Below are positions 8,879 through 17,636 of a DNA stretch of 32,000 bases, in pieces. The stretch spans positions 1 to 32,000 of the forward strand of contig NC_017262.1 of the NCBI RefSeq assembly GCF_000175255.2, in the 5' to 3' direction. The notes below the pieces were generated by a model. It did not search any database. It was not told where the DNA came from and worked only from the letters and a program-made list of their open reading frames with translations. The translations under genes were made by a program, and so were the position numbers. The stretch comes from Zymomonas mobilis subsp. mobilis ATCC 10988. GTDB taxonomy: Bacteria; Pseudomonadota; Alphaproteobacteria; Sphingomonadales; Sphingomonadaceae. The first letter of the stretch is position 1. The number at the start of each line of letters is the position of its first letter.

Positions 8879-9709
8879 ATGACCGAATATATCCATGTCA
8901 AAGAAGGTGATGCGGCTATTCGTACGCATGCCATCAAACTTTACGATGAAAACGCTTTTGCCGGAATGCGGAAAGCAGGCCGATTGGCGGCTGATGTTCT
9001 TGATGCGTTGGTGCCTTATGTCAAACCGGGCGTCACTACCGAAGCCCTTGATACTCTGGCCGATGACCTGATCCGTCAGGGCGGCGGTGTTTCTGCCTGC
9101 CGTTATTACCGCGGTTATCCGAAATCGGTTTGTATCTCTGCGAATCATGTGATTTGCCACGGTATTCCGGGGCCAAAAGCACTCAAATCAGGCGACATCA
9201 TCAATATTGATGTGACCGTTATTGTCGATGGATGGCATGGCGATACCAGCCGGATGTTCTTCGTCGGGGATGTGCCTTTAAAGGCTAAAAAACTGGTTGA
9301 TGTGACCTATCAGGCTTTAATGCTTGGCATCGAACAGGCCAAACCCGGAAATCATATCGGCGATATCGGCTATGCTATCCAGACATTGGCTGCCAAACAT
9401 CGCTACGGCGTTGTCCGTGATTTCTGCGGCCATGGTTTGGGCAAGGTTTTCCACGACCGACCAGAAGTCGTCCATGTTGGTATTCCGGGTGAAGGTGTTG
9501 AGTTAAAGCCGGGGATGCTGTTCACGATTGAACCGATGATCAATATCGGCAAGCCGGATGTCAAAATTCTGGATGATGGTTGGACATCCGTTACCCGCGA
9601 TCGTTCACTTTCCGCCCAGTTCGAGCATTCTATCGGCATCACAGAAAAGGGTTGCGAAATCTTTACAAAAAGCGCAGCCGGATTAGATGCACCACCTTAC
9701 CAGGTATAA
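8879..9709 (+). CDS. map: Type I methionine aminopeptidase
   Basis: SANHVICHGIPG, DIINIDVTVIVDGWHGDTSRMF, FCGHGLGKVFHDRPEV, FTIEPMIN metal-ligand motifs. ATG at 8879 favoured over the upstream ORF-track start at 8861. Confidence 0.96.
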   Translation: MTEYIHVKEGDAAIRTHAIKLYDENAFAGMRKAGRLAADVLDALVPYVKPGVTTEALDTLADDLIRQGGGVSACRYYRGYPKSVCISANHVICHGIPGPKALKSGDIINIDVTVIVDGWHGDTSRMFFVGDVPLKAKKLVDVTYQALMLGIEQAKPGNHIGDIGYAIQTLAAKHRYGVVRDFCGHGLGKVFHDRPEVVHVGIPGEGVELKPGMLFTIEPMINIGKPDVKILDDGWTSVTRDRSLSAQFEHSIGITEKGCEIFTKSAAGLDAPPYQV

Positions 9710-9774
9710 CATTGTTATTTTATAACAAAAATTCATGATAAGCTATCATACATAATTTGGGGATAGTGAATATA

Positions 9775-10788
9775 ATGCAAAGTATTCGTTTCTTTTCCGA
9801 TAACGCTGCCACTGTCGCAGCCCCCGTCATGGATGCTATTATCGCCGCCAATCAAAGCGACATGGCTTATGATTCCGATAAATGGAGTCAGAAACTTGAC
9901 GCTATTTTCTCGGAATTATTCGGGACAGACGTAACGGCTCATTGGGCAGTCACCGGAACGGCGGCCAATGCCCTGTCTTTATCCGCTATCTGCCCGCCTT
10001 TTGGGGGGGTCTTATGCAGTCAGGATGCCCATGTCCAAACGGATGAGGGGGGCGCTCCTGAATTTTATACCGGCGGTTCCAAATTGCTGTTGGTTCCAGG
10101 TGAAGGCGCTAAAATTACGCCCGAAGCCTTAAAGACAAGAGCTGAAGCGATTGCTGACAGCGTCCATATGGTGCAACCTCATGCGGTGACCATTACCAAT
10201 TCAACTGAATTAGGTCAGGTTTACACACCAGAAGAAACAGCGGCTATTGGTGCCGTTGCCCGTGAAAAAGGCTTGCGTTTCCATCTGGATGGCGCCCGTT
10301 TTGCTAATGCGGTTGCTGCTCTCGGTTGCAATCCGGCTGATCTGACATGGAAAGCCGGTGTTGATTTGATGAGCTTCGGCTTTACCAAAAATGGTGCCAT
10401 GGCCGCAGAAGCGATCGTTTTCTTCGATCGTGAGCTTGCTGCCCACAATAAACGTCGCCGGAAACGGGCAGGTCATTTGCTGTCCAAAGGTCGCTTCATT
10501 GCCGCCCAAATCGAAGCCATGTTGAAAAATGATTTATGGCTTGATCTGGCGCGTTCTTCCAATACCGTTGCCAAACGGATTGCAGAAGCTGTTGATCCCA
10601 AAAGACATGCCTATCCGGTCAAAGCCAATGAAGTCTTCTTATTCATCTCGATGGAAGAACGGGCAGAATTGCGGAAACAGGGCTTTGTTTTCTATGACTG
10701 GGGTCATGACAAAATTCGTCTGGTTGCCTCATGGGATCAGCCGGAACATGAAGTCGTTGCATTAGAAAAAGCCTTAAAGGCTTTATAA
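9775..10788 (+). CDS. Low-specificity L-threonine aldolase / beta-eliminating lyase family PLP enzyme
   Basis: SDNAATVAAPVMDAI, GVLCSQDAHVQTDEGGAPEF, LHLDGARFANAV, PLP-lysine context MSFGFTKNGAMAAEA; GGGGA upstream of ATG 9775. Confidence 0.9.
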   Translation: MQSIRFFSDNAATVAAPVMDAIIAANQSDMAYDSDKWSQKLDAIFSELFGTDVTAHWAVTGTAANALSLSAICPPFGGVLCSQDAHVQTDEGGAPEFYTGGSKLLLVPGEGAKITPEALKTRAEAIADSVHMVQPHAVTITNSTELGQVYTPEETAAIGAVAREKGLRFHLDGARFANAVAALGCNPADLTWKAGVDLMSFGFTKNGAMAAEAIVFFDRELAAHNKRRRKRAGHLLSKGRFIAAQIEAMLKNDLWLDLARSSNTVAKRIAEAVDPKRHAYPVKANEVFLFISMEERAELRKQGFVFYDWGHDKIRLVASWDQPEHEVVALEKALKAL

Positions 10789-10825
10789 AAAGAAGGTCGG
10801 ATAACCATCCGAAAGAGGGGATAGA

Positions 10826-11782
10826 ATGAACGAAGCAGAAAGGGAGAGTCAGTCAGAATCAAAGCTGACATCCCCCAAGGTATTTTTGCCTTTTTTGCTG
10901 GTAATTTTGATCTGGAGTACGACATGGATTGTCATTCGGGATCAATTACATTCTGTCCCCGCGAACTGGTCAATTTGTTACCGCTTTTTTGTCGCCGGAT
11001 TGCTGATGATGCTCTTCTGCCGGATAAAAGGGTACAAATTGGCCTTGGATCGTGGCAACCAATTTTTCTGCATAACCGTTGGCCTGCTTTTGATTTCCGT
11101 TGATTACGGTTTTCTTTATGCGGCTGAAAAACATATCACTTCGGGGCTGGTTGCGGTTGTCTTTGCCCTTATCATTATCCCCAACAGCTTTTTTGCACGG
11201 GTTTTCTTAGGCAAAAAAAGCTCACCTTATTTTATTCTCGGTGCTGTTTTGGCCGGTATCGGCCTAGGCCTGCTTTTCCGTAGTCAGCTAGCTTATTTGC
11301 CAGATCGAACGGAAATGAAATTAGGTCTGGGCATGTCTCTTCTGGCGGTTCTGGCCACTTCGCTGGGTGAAATTCTACTCTCAACCCCACGAGGAAAATC
11401 ACAACCGATGCCGGTCTTTTTGGCATGGTCAATGCTCTGGGGTAGTCTTGGAATCGGTTCGGCGGCTTTCTTTCTGGATGGCGCACCGGTTATCGGCGGC
11501 ATAGCCTATTTGGGTGGGCTACTATACCTCACACTTTTTGCCTCGGTGCTCGCCTTTGTTTTATATTTTTATGTTTTACATATCATTGGGCCCGATATGG
11601 CAGCTTATGCCCATGTGTTAAGCCCCGTGCTCGCGATGGTCATTTCGACGCTCTATGAAAATTATATCTGGAGCAGCTCTGCCATTGCAGGCAGCATCAT
11701 GGTGTTGGCAGGCCTTCTGCTCGCTATGAAATCACAAAAAAAATCAATACGTTCTGTCATGGTAAAGGCAAGGATCGATTAA
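10826..11782 (+). CDS. EamA/DMT superfamily transporter
   Basis: About 10 hydrophobic helices; WSTTWIVIRDQL...WSICYRFFVAG, and two EamA-like halves. Confidence 0.88.
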   Translation: MNEAERESQSESKLTSPKVFLPFLLVILIWSTTWIVIRDQLHSVPANWSICYRFFVAGLLMMLFCRIKGYKLALDRGNQFFCITVGLLLISVDYGFLYAAEKHITSGLVAVVFALIIIPNSFFARVFLGKKSSPYFILGAVLAGIGLGLLFRSQLAYLPDRTEMKLGLGMSLLAVLATSLGEILLSTPRGKSQPMPVFLAWSMLWGSLGIGSAAFFLDGAPVIGGIAYLGGLLYLTLFASVLAFVLYFYVLHIIGPDMAAYAHVLSPVLAMVISTLYENYIWSSSAIAGSIMVLAGLLLAMKSQKKSIRSVMVKARID

Positions 11783-11849
11783 ATCCGCTTATCAAGCTTC
11801 GATCCGCTTCCTTTCTTGCACAATCTTCAATCAAGGTCAGGAGATAAAT

Positions 11850-14453
11850 ATGTCAGAGAATCACTCTGATACGCCCGTGGTCATCCACCGTCATGCCTAC
11901 AGACCTCCTGATTGGCTGGTGCCGACAATCGCGCTTGATTTTGCCCTTGATCCTCAAAAAACACGCGTCAAGGCACGCCTTCAGGTAAAACGCAACGGCG
12001 ACCATAACCGCCCTTTAAAATTGGACGGTAATAACCAAAAGCTTCTTGCTTTTTCAGTTGACGGGCAGGATGCCCAATCACAGGTAAAACAGGAAAAAGA
12101 GGGTCTGGTTATCGCGCTTGGCGGTGAAGCCCATACGATCGAAACCGAGGTAGAAATTTCGCCCGAAAGCAATTCCCAGCTTATGGGACTCTATGCTTCT
12201 TCGGGACTGCTTTGCACTCAATGCGAAGCCGAAGGCTTCCGCCGGATCACCTATTTCCCTGATCGTCCTGATATTCTCAGCCGCTATACCGTCAGGATGG
12301 AAGCCGATGAAAAGGCTTTTCCAGTCTTGCTCTCCAACGGCAATCTGACTTTGGAAGGCAAAAGCGAAAATGGCCGCCATTTTGCGCTTTGGAATGATCC
12401 TTTTCCGAAACCCTGTTATCTCTTTGCCTTGGTCGCGGGTAATTTGGCTGCGTATCGTGACGAATTTATAACCCAGTCAGGCCGTAAAGTTGCGCTCGCT
12501 ATCTGGGTTAGACCGGATGACATCAACAAGACTCATCACGCCATGAATGCCTTAAAAATGGCAATGGCATGGGATGAAAAGGTCTATGGCCGCGAATATG
12601 ATCTTGATCAGTTCAATATTGTGGCAGTTGATGATTTCAACTTCGGTGCCATGGAAAATAAAAGCCTGAATATCTTCAATTCACGCTATATTCTTGCCGA
12701 TCCTGATACCGCAACCGATGCTGATTACGATGCGATTGCAGGGGTCGTTGCCCATGAATATTTCCATAACTGGTCAGGCAATCGCGTCACTTGTCGCGAC
12801 TGGTTCCAGCTTTCTCTGAAAGAAGGCTTCACCGTTTTCCGCGACCAAAGTTTTTCGGCCGATCTCGGCTCTCCTGCGGTCAAACGTATCGAAGATGTCC
12901 GTAGCTTGCGGGCGGCTCAATTTCCCGAAGATGCAGGGCCTTTAGCCCATCCGATCCAGCCCGATAGCTATATCGAAATCTCGAATTTCTATACAGCAAC
13001 GGTTTATAATAAAGGAGCAGAAATCATCCGAATGATGCATCAGTTGCTAGGTGCAGAAAAATTCAGGAAGGGAACTGATCTTTATTTTGAACGCCATGAT
13101 GGTGAAGCGGCTACCTGCGAAAATTTTGTCGCTGCCATGGAAGAGGCAAGCGGGGTCGATCTGACGGATTTCCGCCACTGGTATCATCAGGCAGGTACGC
13201 CTGAATTAAAAGCCAGTTTGAAATGGGATGGCGCGACAAAAACAGCAACGCTTACTTTGTCGCAAAAAACAGCCGCCACACCATCCCAACCTGAAAAACA
13301 GCCAGTTGTTTTACCTGTCGCGATAGCCTTAATTGGCAAGCAAACGGGTAAAAATCTTATTGGGGAACAGTTGCTCACGCTGACCAAAGACAGCGAAAGC
13401 TACCGTTTTGAGAATCTGGCTGAAGAACCGCTTCTTTCAATCAACCGCCATTTCTCGGCACCTGTTACGGTTGAAAACCAAGTCAGCCCCGAAGATCTCG
13501 CCTTCCTTTCGGCCAATGATGATGATCCTTTTGCTCGCTATGAAGCCATGCAGCAATTGATGCTTGATTTCATGGTTGCTCGCGTGCGGGGTGAACAGGT
13601 CGATCCAAAAACGGTTATCAATGCGGTTGAAAAAACGCTGACTAACAAAGATTTGGATAACGCCTTCATTGCCGAAGCCGTTATTCTGCCTTCTGAAAAT
13701 ATGGTCGGCGAAAAACTCGATATCGTTGATCCGAAACGGATTGCAGAAATCCGCGATGATCTCCGTAAAATGCTGGGGCAGACGCTCGAAAAATTGTGGC
13801 AGCAAGCCTATCAAAGCTGCGAACGGCCAAGCTACCAATATACCCCCGAAGCCGTTGGGGCGCGTCGTTTGAAAAATGTCGCACTCAGCTATCTGGCAGC
13901 TGGGGAACTGGCTGATGCGCCCAGCATAGCATGGCTACAATTTGAAAAAGCCGACAATATGACCGATCGGCGCGGCGCTTTGGATGTGCTGGTTAACGGC
14001 TTCTCGCCAGAAAGAGAAAAGGCGCTCACCGCTTTTTATGAACGCTATAAAGGCAATGCGCTGGTTATTGACAAATGGTTTGCGGTTCAGGCTTTCTCAA
14101 CCCGTCCAGATGTCATAGAAAATGTGAAGAAACTGGCAAAACATCCTGATTTTACACTGAAAAATCCGAACCGTGCGCGCGCTTTAATTGGCAGCTTCGC
14201 TCATAATGCCCGCGCTTTCCATGATTTATCAGGGGAGGGATATCGCTTTGTCACGGATATGGTCATCGCGCTCGACAAGATCAATTCGCAGACGGCGGCC
14301 AGAATGATTGCACCCTTTGGCCGCTGGCAACGCTACGGTTCCGATCGGGCAGAAATGATGCAGAATGCCTTGAAACGCATTTTATCCACGCCTGATTTGT
14401 CCCGTGACGTGTTCGAGCAAGCCTCAAAAAGCCTGCTTCCGAACAAAGCCTAA
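11850..14453 (+). CDS. pepN: Aminopeptidase N (M1 family)
   Basis: GAMENKSLN exopeptidase motif and HEYFHNWSGNRVTCRDWFQLSLKEG zinc-binding motif; 867 aa, standard PepN length. Confidence 0.97.
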   Translation: MSENHSDTPVVIHRHAYRPPDWLVPTIALDFALDPQKTRVKARLQVKRNGDHNRPLKLDGNNQKLLAFSVDGQDAQSQVKQEKEGLVIALGGEAHTIETEVEISPESNSQLMGLYASSGLLCTQCEAEGFRRITYFPDRPDILSRYTVRMEADEKAFPVLLSNGNLTLEGKSENGRHFALWNDPFPKPCYLFALVAGNLAAYRDEFITQSGRKVALAIWVRPDDINKTHHAMNALKMAMAWDEKVYGREYDLDQFNIVAVDDFNFGAMENKSLNIFNSRYILADPDTATDADYDAIAGVVAHEYFHNWSGNRVTCRDWFQLSLKEGFTVFRDQSFSADLGSPAVKRIEDVRSLRAAQFPEDAGPLAHPIQPDSYIEISNFYTATVYNKGAEIIRMMHQLLGAEKFRKGTDLYFERHDGEAATCENFVAAMEEASGVDLTDFRHWYHQAGTPELKASLKWDGATKTATLTLSQKTAATPSQPEKQPVVLPVAIALIGKQTGKNLIGEQLLTLTKDSESYRFENLAEEPLLSINRHFSAPVTVENQVSPEDLAFLSANDDDPFARYEAMQQLMLDFMVARVRGEQVDPKTVINAVEKTLTNKDLDNAFIAEAVILPSENMVGEKLDIVDPKRIAEIRDDLRKMLGQTLEKLWQQAYQSCERPSYQYTPEAVGARRLKNVALSYLAAGELADAPSIAWLQFEKADNMTDRRGALDVLVNGFSPEREKALTAFYERYKGNALVIDKWFAVQAFSTRPDVIENVKKLAKHPDFTLKNPNRARALIGSFAHNARAFHDLSGEGYRFVTDMVIALDKINSQTAARMIAPFGRWQRYGSDRAEMMQNALKRILSTPDLSRDVFEQASKSLLPNKA

Positions 14454-14490
14454 AACTGAAATGACCTAATCAATAAATAATCCCTCAACA

Positions 14491-14520
14491 AAAAAGGCTG
14501 CCTTTCATGGCAGCCTTTTT
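14491..14520 (+). terminator. Rho-independent terminator between convergent pepN and aldo/keto reductase gene (bidirectional character)
   Basis: AAAAAGGCTGCCTTTCATGGCAGCCTTTTT, perfect 12-bp stem. Confidence 0.93.
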
Positions 14521-14577
14521 TATCTCGAAATAGATCCTGTTATGTCGGATATGACCGACTTACCGCACAATAATCAC

Positions 14578-15426
14578 TTAAAATTCTTCATAGCGGGCAG
14601 GGTCTTGGTCGGCCAAGCGGCCATCAGGCCGTGCTAAAGTCGCGATTATTTCTATATCCTGCGGCGACAGCTCGAAATCAAACAAGGATAGATTTTCAAT
14701 CTGACGCTCTTTGCTAGAGGCTTTCGGAATCGGTATCGCTCCAAGCTGGACATGCCAACGCAAAATAACCTGCGGGATAGACTTACCCAAGCGATCCGCA
14801 ATTTTTTTAATCGTGTCGTCCTGTAGCAACTTGCTGGCACGTCCCAAAGGACTCCATGACTCGGTAACAATGCCATGGGCTTTATCCCATGCCCGCTGCT
14901 CTTCCTGCGGAAAATAGGGATGCAATTCCACCTGATTGACAACCGGCGTTACACCTGTCTCTTTAATCAGCCTTTCCAGATGTTCTGGTAAAAAGTTACA
15001 GACACCAATCGAACGGATTAACCCTTTTTTTCGGGCTTCAATTAAGGCCTGCCACGCCTCGACATAGAGATCTTTGCTCGGATTAGGCCAATGAATCAGA
15101 TAGAGATCATAATAATCAAGCTGTGCCCGATAAAGCGACTCCTCGACCGTTGCAATGGCCTCTTCAAAATGATGATGTCGCCCCGGTAATTTGGACACGA
15201 TCCGCAATTTATCACGGGCAATACCGGCCTCGCGAACAGCTTCGCCTACAGCACCTTCATTCTCATAATTAAAAGCGGAATCGAGCAAGCGGTATCCGAC
15301 TTTAATCGCGCTGACGATATCGGAAACACCGGCCGAACCATTGAGCTTATAGGTGCCAAAACCTACCGCAGGCAAATCATTGCCGTCATTCAGACGGATC
15401 GAGGGTATCGAAATAGGGGACATCAT
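14578..15426 (-). CDS. Aldo/keto reductase
   Basis: FGTYKLNG, LLDSAFNYENEGAVGEAVREAG, YYDLYLIHWPNP, VVNQVELHPYF, IPIPKASSKERQIENL. GGAG precedes an ATG-ATG pair at about 15426/15423; the ORF extends to 15456. Confidence 0.94.
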   Translation of the reverse strand: MMSPISIPSIRLNDGNDLPAVGFGTYKLNGSAGVSDIVSAIKVGYRLLDSAFNYENEGAVGEAVREAGIARDKLRIVSKLPGRHHHFEEAIATVEESLYRAQLDYYDLYLIHWPNPSKDLYVEAWQALIEARKKGLIRSIGVCNFLPEHLERLIKETGVTPVVNQVELHPYFPQEEQRAWDKAHGIVTESWSPLGRASKLLQDDTIKKIADRLGKSIPQVILRWHVQLGAIPIPKASSKERQIENLSLFDFELSPQDIEIIATLARPDGRLADQDPARYEEF

Positions 15427-15754
15427 ACTTCTCCATATAGAGGATGATTCCCTCATCCTGACCCTATTGATAAAGGCTGTAAAACCCCGCTTTCCAAAGA
15501 AAACGCTGTCATACGACCATCGGAGCGATTTCTACGATCAATGCTTTAAAAAAGCGAAAGGGGACAATCTATCTGGAATAGGTGAAAAGGGGTGTTTTCA
15601 GCGAAATAGAAAAAGCAAAAAAGAAAAAAGGCTCAAATGAAGAAAACCACTCGTCCTTCTTTATTCAAGAAATCTCGATCCGAGGATAAACATTTCTTAC
15701 CCCAAATAACGACTAATCACCTTTTTCCTTGCCGAAAGAATGCGTAGCGATATC

Positions 15755-15834
15755 TTAATGGCTTAATGGCTTAATGGCTTAATGGCTTAATGGCTTAATG
15801 GCTTAATGGCTTAATGGCTTAATGGCTTAATAGC
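15755..15834. repeat. 8-bp tandem repeat (TTAATGGC): 9 perfect units plus a tenth with one mismatch (TTAATAGC)
   Basis: Counted directly: units start at 15755, 15763, 15771, 15779, 15787, 15795, 15803, 15811, 15819, 15827 (last imperfect). Confidence 0.97.
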
Positions 15835-16076
15835 TGGTGGTATCTCGAAAAAAGAAAATATCCCTATCCCATGGCAGCCAAGCGCTCACGGCCACGCTAT
15901 TGGGTCACGTTATGGAAATAACCTAATTAGGAAAGTAGACGAAAAAAACACTTTAAACAGAGTAACAGATCTACCCGAAATACATTCAGACAATCCCAAT
16001 GCAGAAAGTCTTTAATCTATCAGGCGATATATAACCGATTGATCGGAAATAAGATAAATTTTTAAAGAGAAAATAA

Positions 16077-16095
16077 AACGATAAGGACTATCGTT
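16077..16095 (-). terminator. Hairpin/terminator downstream of tRNA-Asn
   Basis: Minus strand AACGATA-GTCCT-TATCGTT followed by TTATTTT, just after the tRNA CCA end. Confidence 0.7.
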
Positions 16096-16099
16096 GAAA

Positions 16100-16174
16100 T
16101 GGCTCCCCGAGTAGGATTCGAACCTACGACCTGCCGATTAACAGTCGGACGCTCTACCGCTGAGCTATCAGGGA
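16100..16174 (-). tRNA. tRNA-Asn (anticodon GUU), CCA encoded
   Basis: Minus strand TCCCTGATAGCTCAGCGGTAGAGCGTCCGACTGTTAATCGGCAGGTCGTAGGTTCGAATCCTACTCGGGGAGCCA: cloverleaf-compatible, 7-bp acceptor stem (one T-G pair), GTTCGAATC T-loop, anticodon GTT. Confidence 0.97.
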
Positions 16175-16209
16175 ACACTATGTCAATCACCGCGTTGGGT
16201 GTGAAGCGC

Positions 16210-16237
16210 GTATAACAATCAGCTATGTGTTCTGCAA
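16210..16237 (-). promoter_or_regulatory. Candidate sigma70-like promoter for tRNA-Asn
   Basis: Minus strand TTGCAG-N16-TTATAC about 35 nt upstream of the mature tRNA 5' end. Confidence 0.4.
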
Positions 16238-16334
16238 GCGTTTTTTTCAAAAAAAACACAAAAAAATGAAAGCTATAGATAAAACCCGCCGTCGGCCTAT
16301 AAATAGGCCTGCGGGTAAATTGGGAAGGTTCATA

Positions 16335-17255
16335 ATGCGGCTTGATGACTACCGAAGCAGCGATAACGTCGAAGACGAACGTGGTGAAGATTTTAGCGGT
16401 GGTAATAACGGCGGTGGCGGCGGGTTTAACCTGATTAGCGGCTTGCTCGGCTTTGTCCTTGGTCGTTTCGGTATCGGCGGCGTGATCGTTTTGGTGATCA
16501 TTTGTTTTATTTTTAAAATAAATCCACTGGGCTTTATAGGGGGTGGCAGTTCGACACAACCCGCGATGGCACCTCATCAGGTGCATTCTGTTCGTTCGGC
16601 ACAACAGGCCTGCCAACTTAACGCCGCAAGCCTTTTCTCCTGCCGTGTCTTGGCTAGTACCGAAGACACATGGGGCAAGATTTTTGCTGATGCCGGTAAA
16701 AAATATAAACCGACAACATTGGTCTTTTATAGTCAAAGAGGTCGTTCAGGCTGCGGTGCAGCAGAATCGGCGATGGGGCCTTTTTACTGCCCAGCAGATC
16801 AGCGCGTTTATCTCGATACAGATTTCTATAATGAACTGGTCAACCGCTTCCATGCCAGCGGTGACTTTGCCCAAGCCTATGTTATCGCCCATGAAGTCGG
16901 GCATCACGTTCAAGATTTAATGGGCTTATCCGACCAAATCCGTGAACAACAAGCTAATGTCGGCAAAGCTGCCGCTAATGCCCTACAGGTGAGAATGGAA
17001 TTACAGGCCGATTGCTATGCCGGAGTCTGGGCAGCGCATAACCGCGACCGGATAGAAGAGGGCGATGTCGAAGAAGGTATGCGGGCAGCGCAGGCTATTG
17101 GCGACGATACCTTAGAGAAAGCAGCAGGGATGCGACCCGTTCCTGAAAGTTTCACTCATGGCACATCTGCGGAAAGAATGCGCTGGCTCAAACGCGGGAT
17201 TGATAGCGGCGATCCAGCCGTTTGCGATACCTTCCATCATGATATTGATAGTTAA
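16335..17255 (+). CDS. Neutral zinc metallopeptidase, YpfJ family
   Basis: MRLDDYRSSDNVEDERG start after GGGAAGG; one TM segment; YVIAHEVGHHVQDLMG zinc motif; CYAGVWA; FTHGTSAERMRWLKRG. Confidence 0.94.
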   Translation: MRLDDYRSSDNVEDERGEDFSGGNNGGGGGFNLISGLLGFVLGRFGIGGVIVLVIICFIFKINPLGFIGGGSSTQPAMAPHQVHSVRSAQQACQLNAASLFSCRVLASTEDTWGKIFADAGKKYKPTTLVFYSQRGRSGCGAAESAMGPFYCPADQRVYLDTDFYNELVNRFHASGDFAQAYVIAHEVGHHVQDLMGLSDQIREQQANVGKAAANALQVRMELQADCYAGVWAAHNRDRIEEGDVEEGMRAAQAIGDDTLEKAAGMRPVPESFTHGTSAERMRWLKRGIDSGDPAVCDTFHHDIDS

Positions 17256-17397
17256 ATTCTGTTGAGATGAAATGTTGTTCATGTCTTTGCGAAAGCGAAA
17301 AACACATATTCGGTCAATAAAAAATAATAAATATTTTACCGTAAAAACATAAGGTTATACGCCTTATTTAGTAAAAATTATCAACTAAAATACTCTT

Positions 17398-17446
17398 AGG
17401 ATACAGCGATGGCCTTTTTCAAAAGCGTCTATCCTGTATCCTTTTT
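17398..17446 (+). terminator. Long hairpin with T tract, likely terminator of the ypfJ-like gene
   Basis: AGGATACAG ... CTGTATCCT perfect 9-bp outer stem with internal complementary segments, followed by TTTTT. Confidence 0.65.
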
Positions 17447-17636
17447 CTTATCATGACGCTTGATATCCCGCTCTCGACGCATAGCTTGAACAAGCCAATC
17501 ACCGGAAAATCTGACGACCGTCTATGATTGTAGATATTTTTTCCGCTTTTCTGGCGCACAAAAACATCCTCCCAATATGGGATGCTAGCGGATCAAGGCG
17601 CTTCTGCTCGGCATGTAAAAATAGAGCGAGCCTCTG

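Noticed and set aside
13437-13838. 133-aa minus-strand ORF inside pepN
   Set aside because: Antisense shadow ORF within conserved aminopeptidase N.
15755-15834. CRISPR-like array
   Set aside because: Units are 8 bp, contiguous, with no spacers and no cas genes in the window.
15457-16099. Integrated element next to tRNA-Asn
   Set aside because: No integrase, no duplicated tRNA 3' end found and no element genes; only non-coding sequence and the tandem repeat.
16062-16736. 224-aa minus-strand ORF overlapping tRNA-Asn and the ypfJ-like gene
   Set aside because: It reads through the tRNA, giving the classic SSAVERPTVNRQVVGSNPTRGA artefact peptide, and is antisense to a well-supported protease gene.
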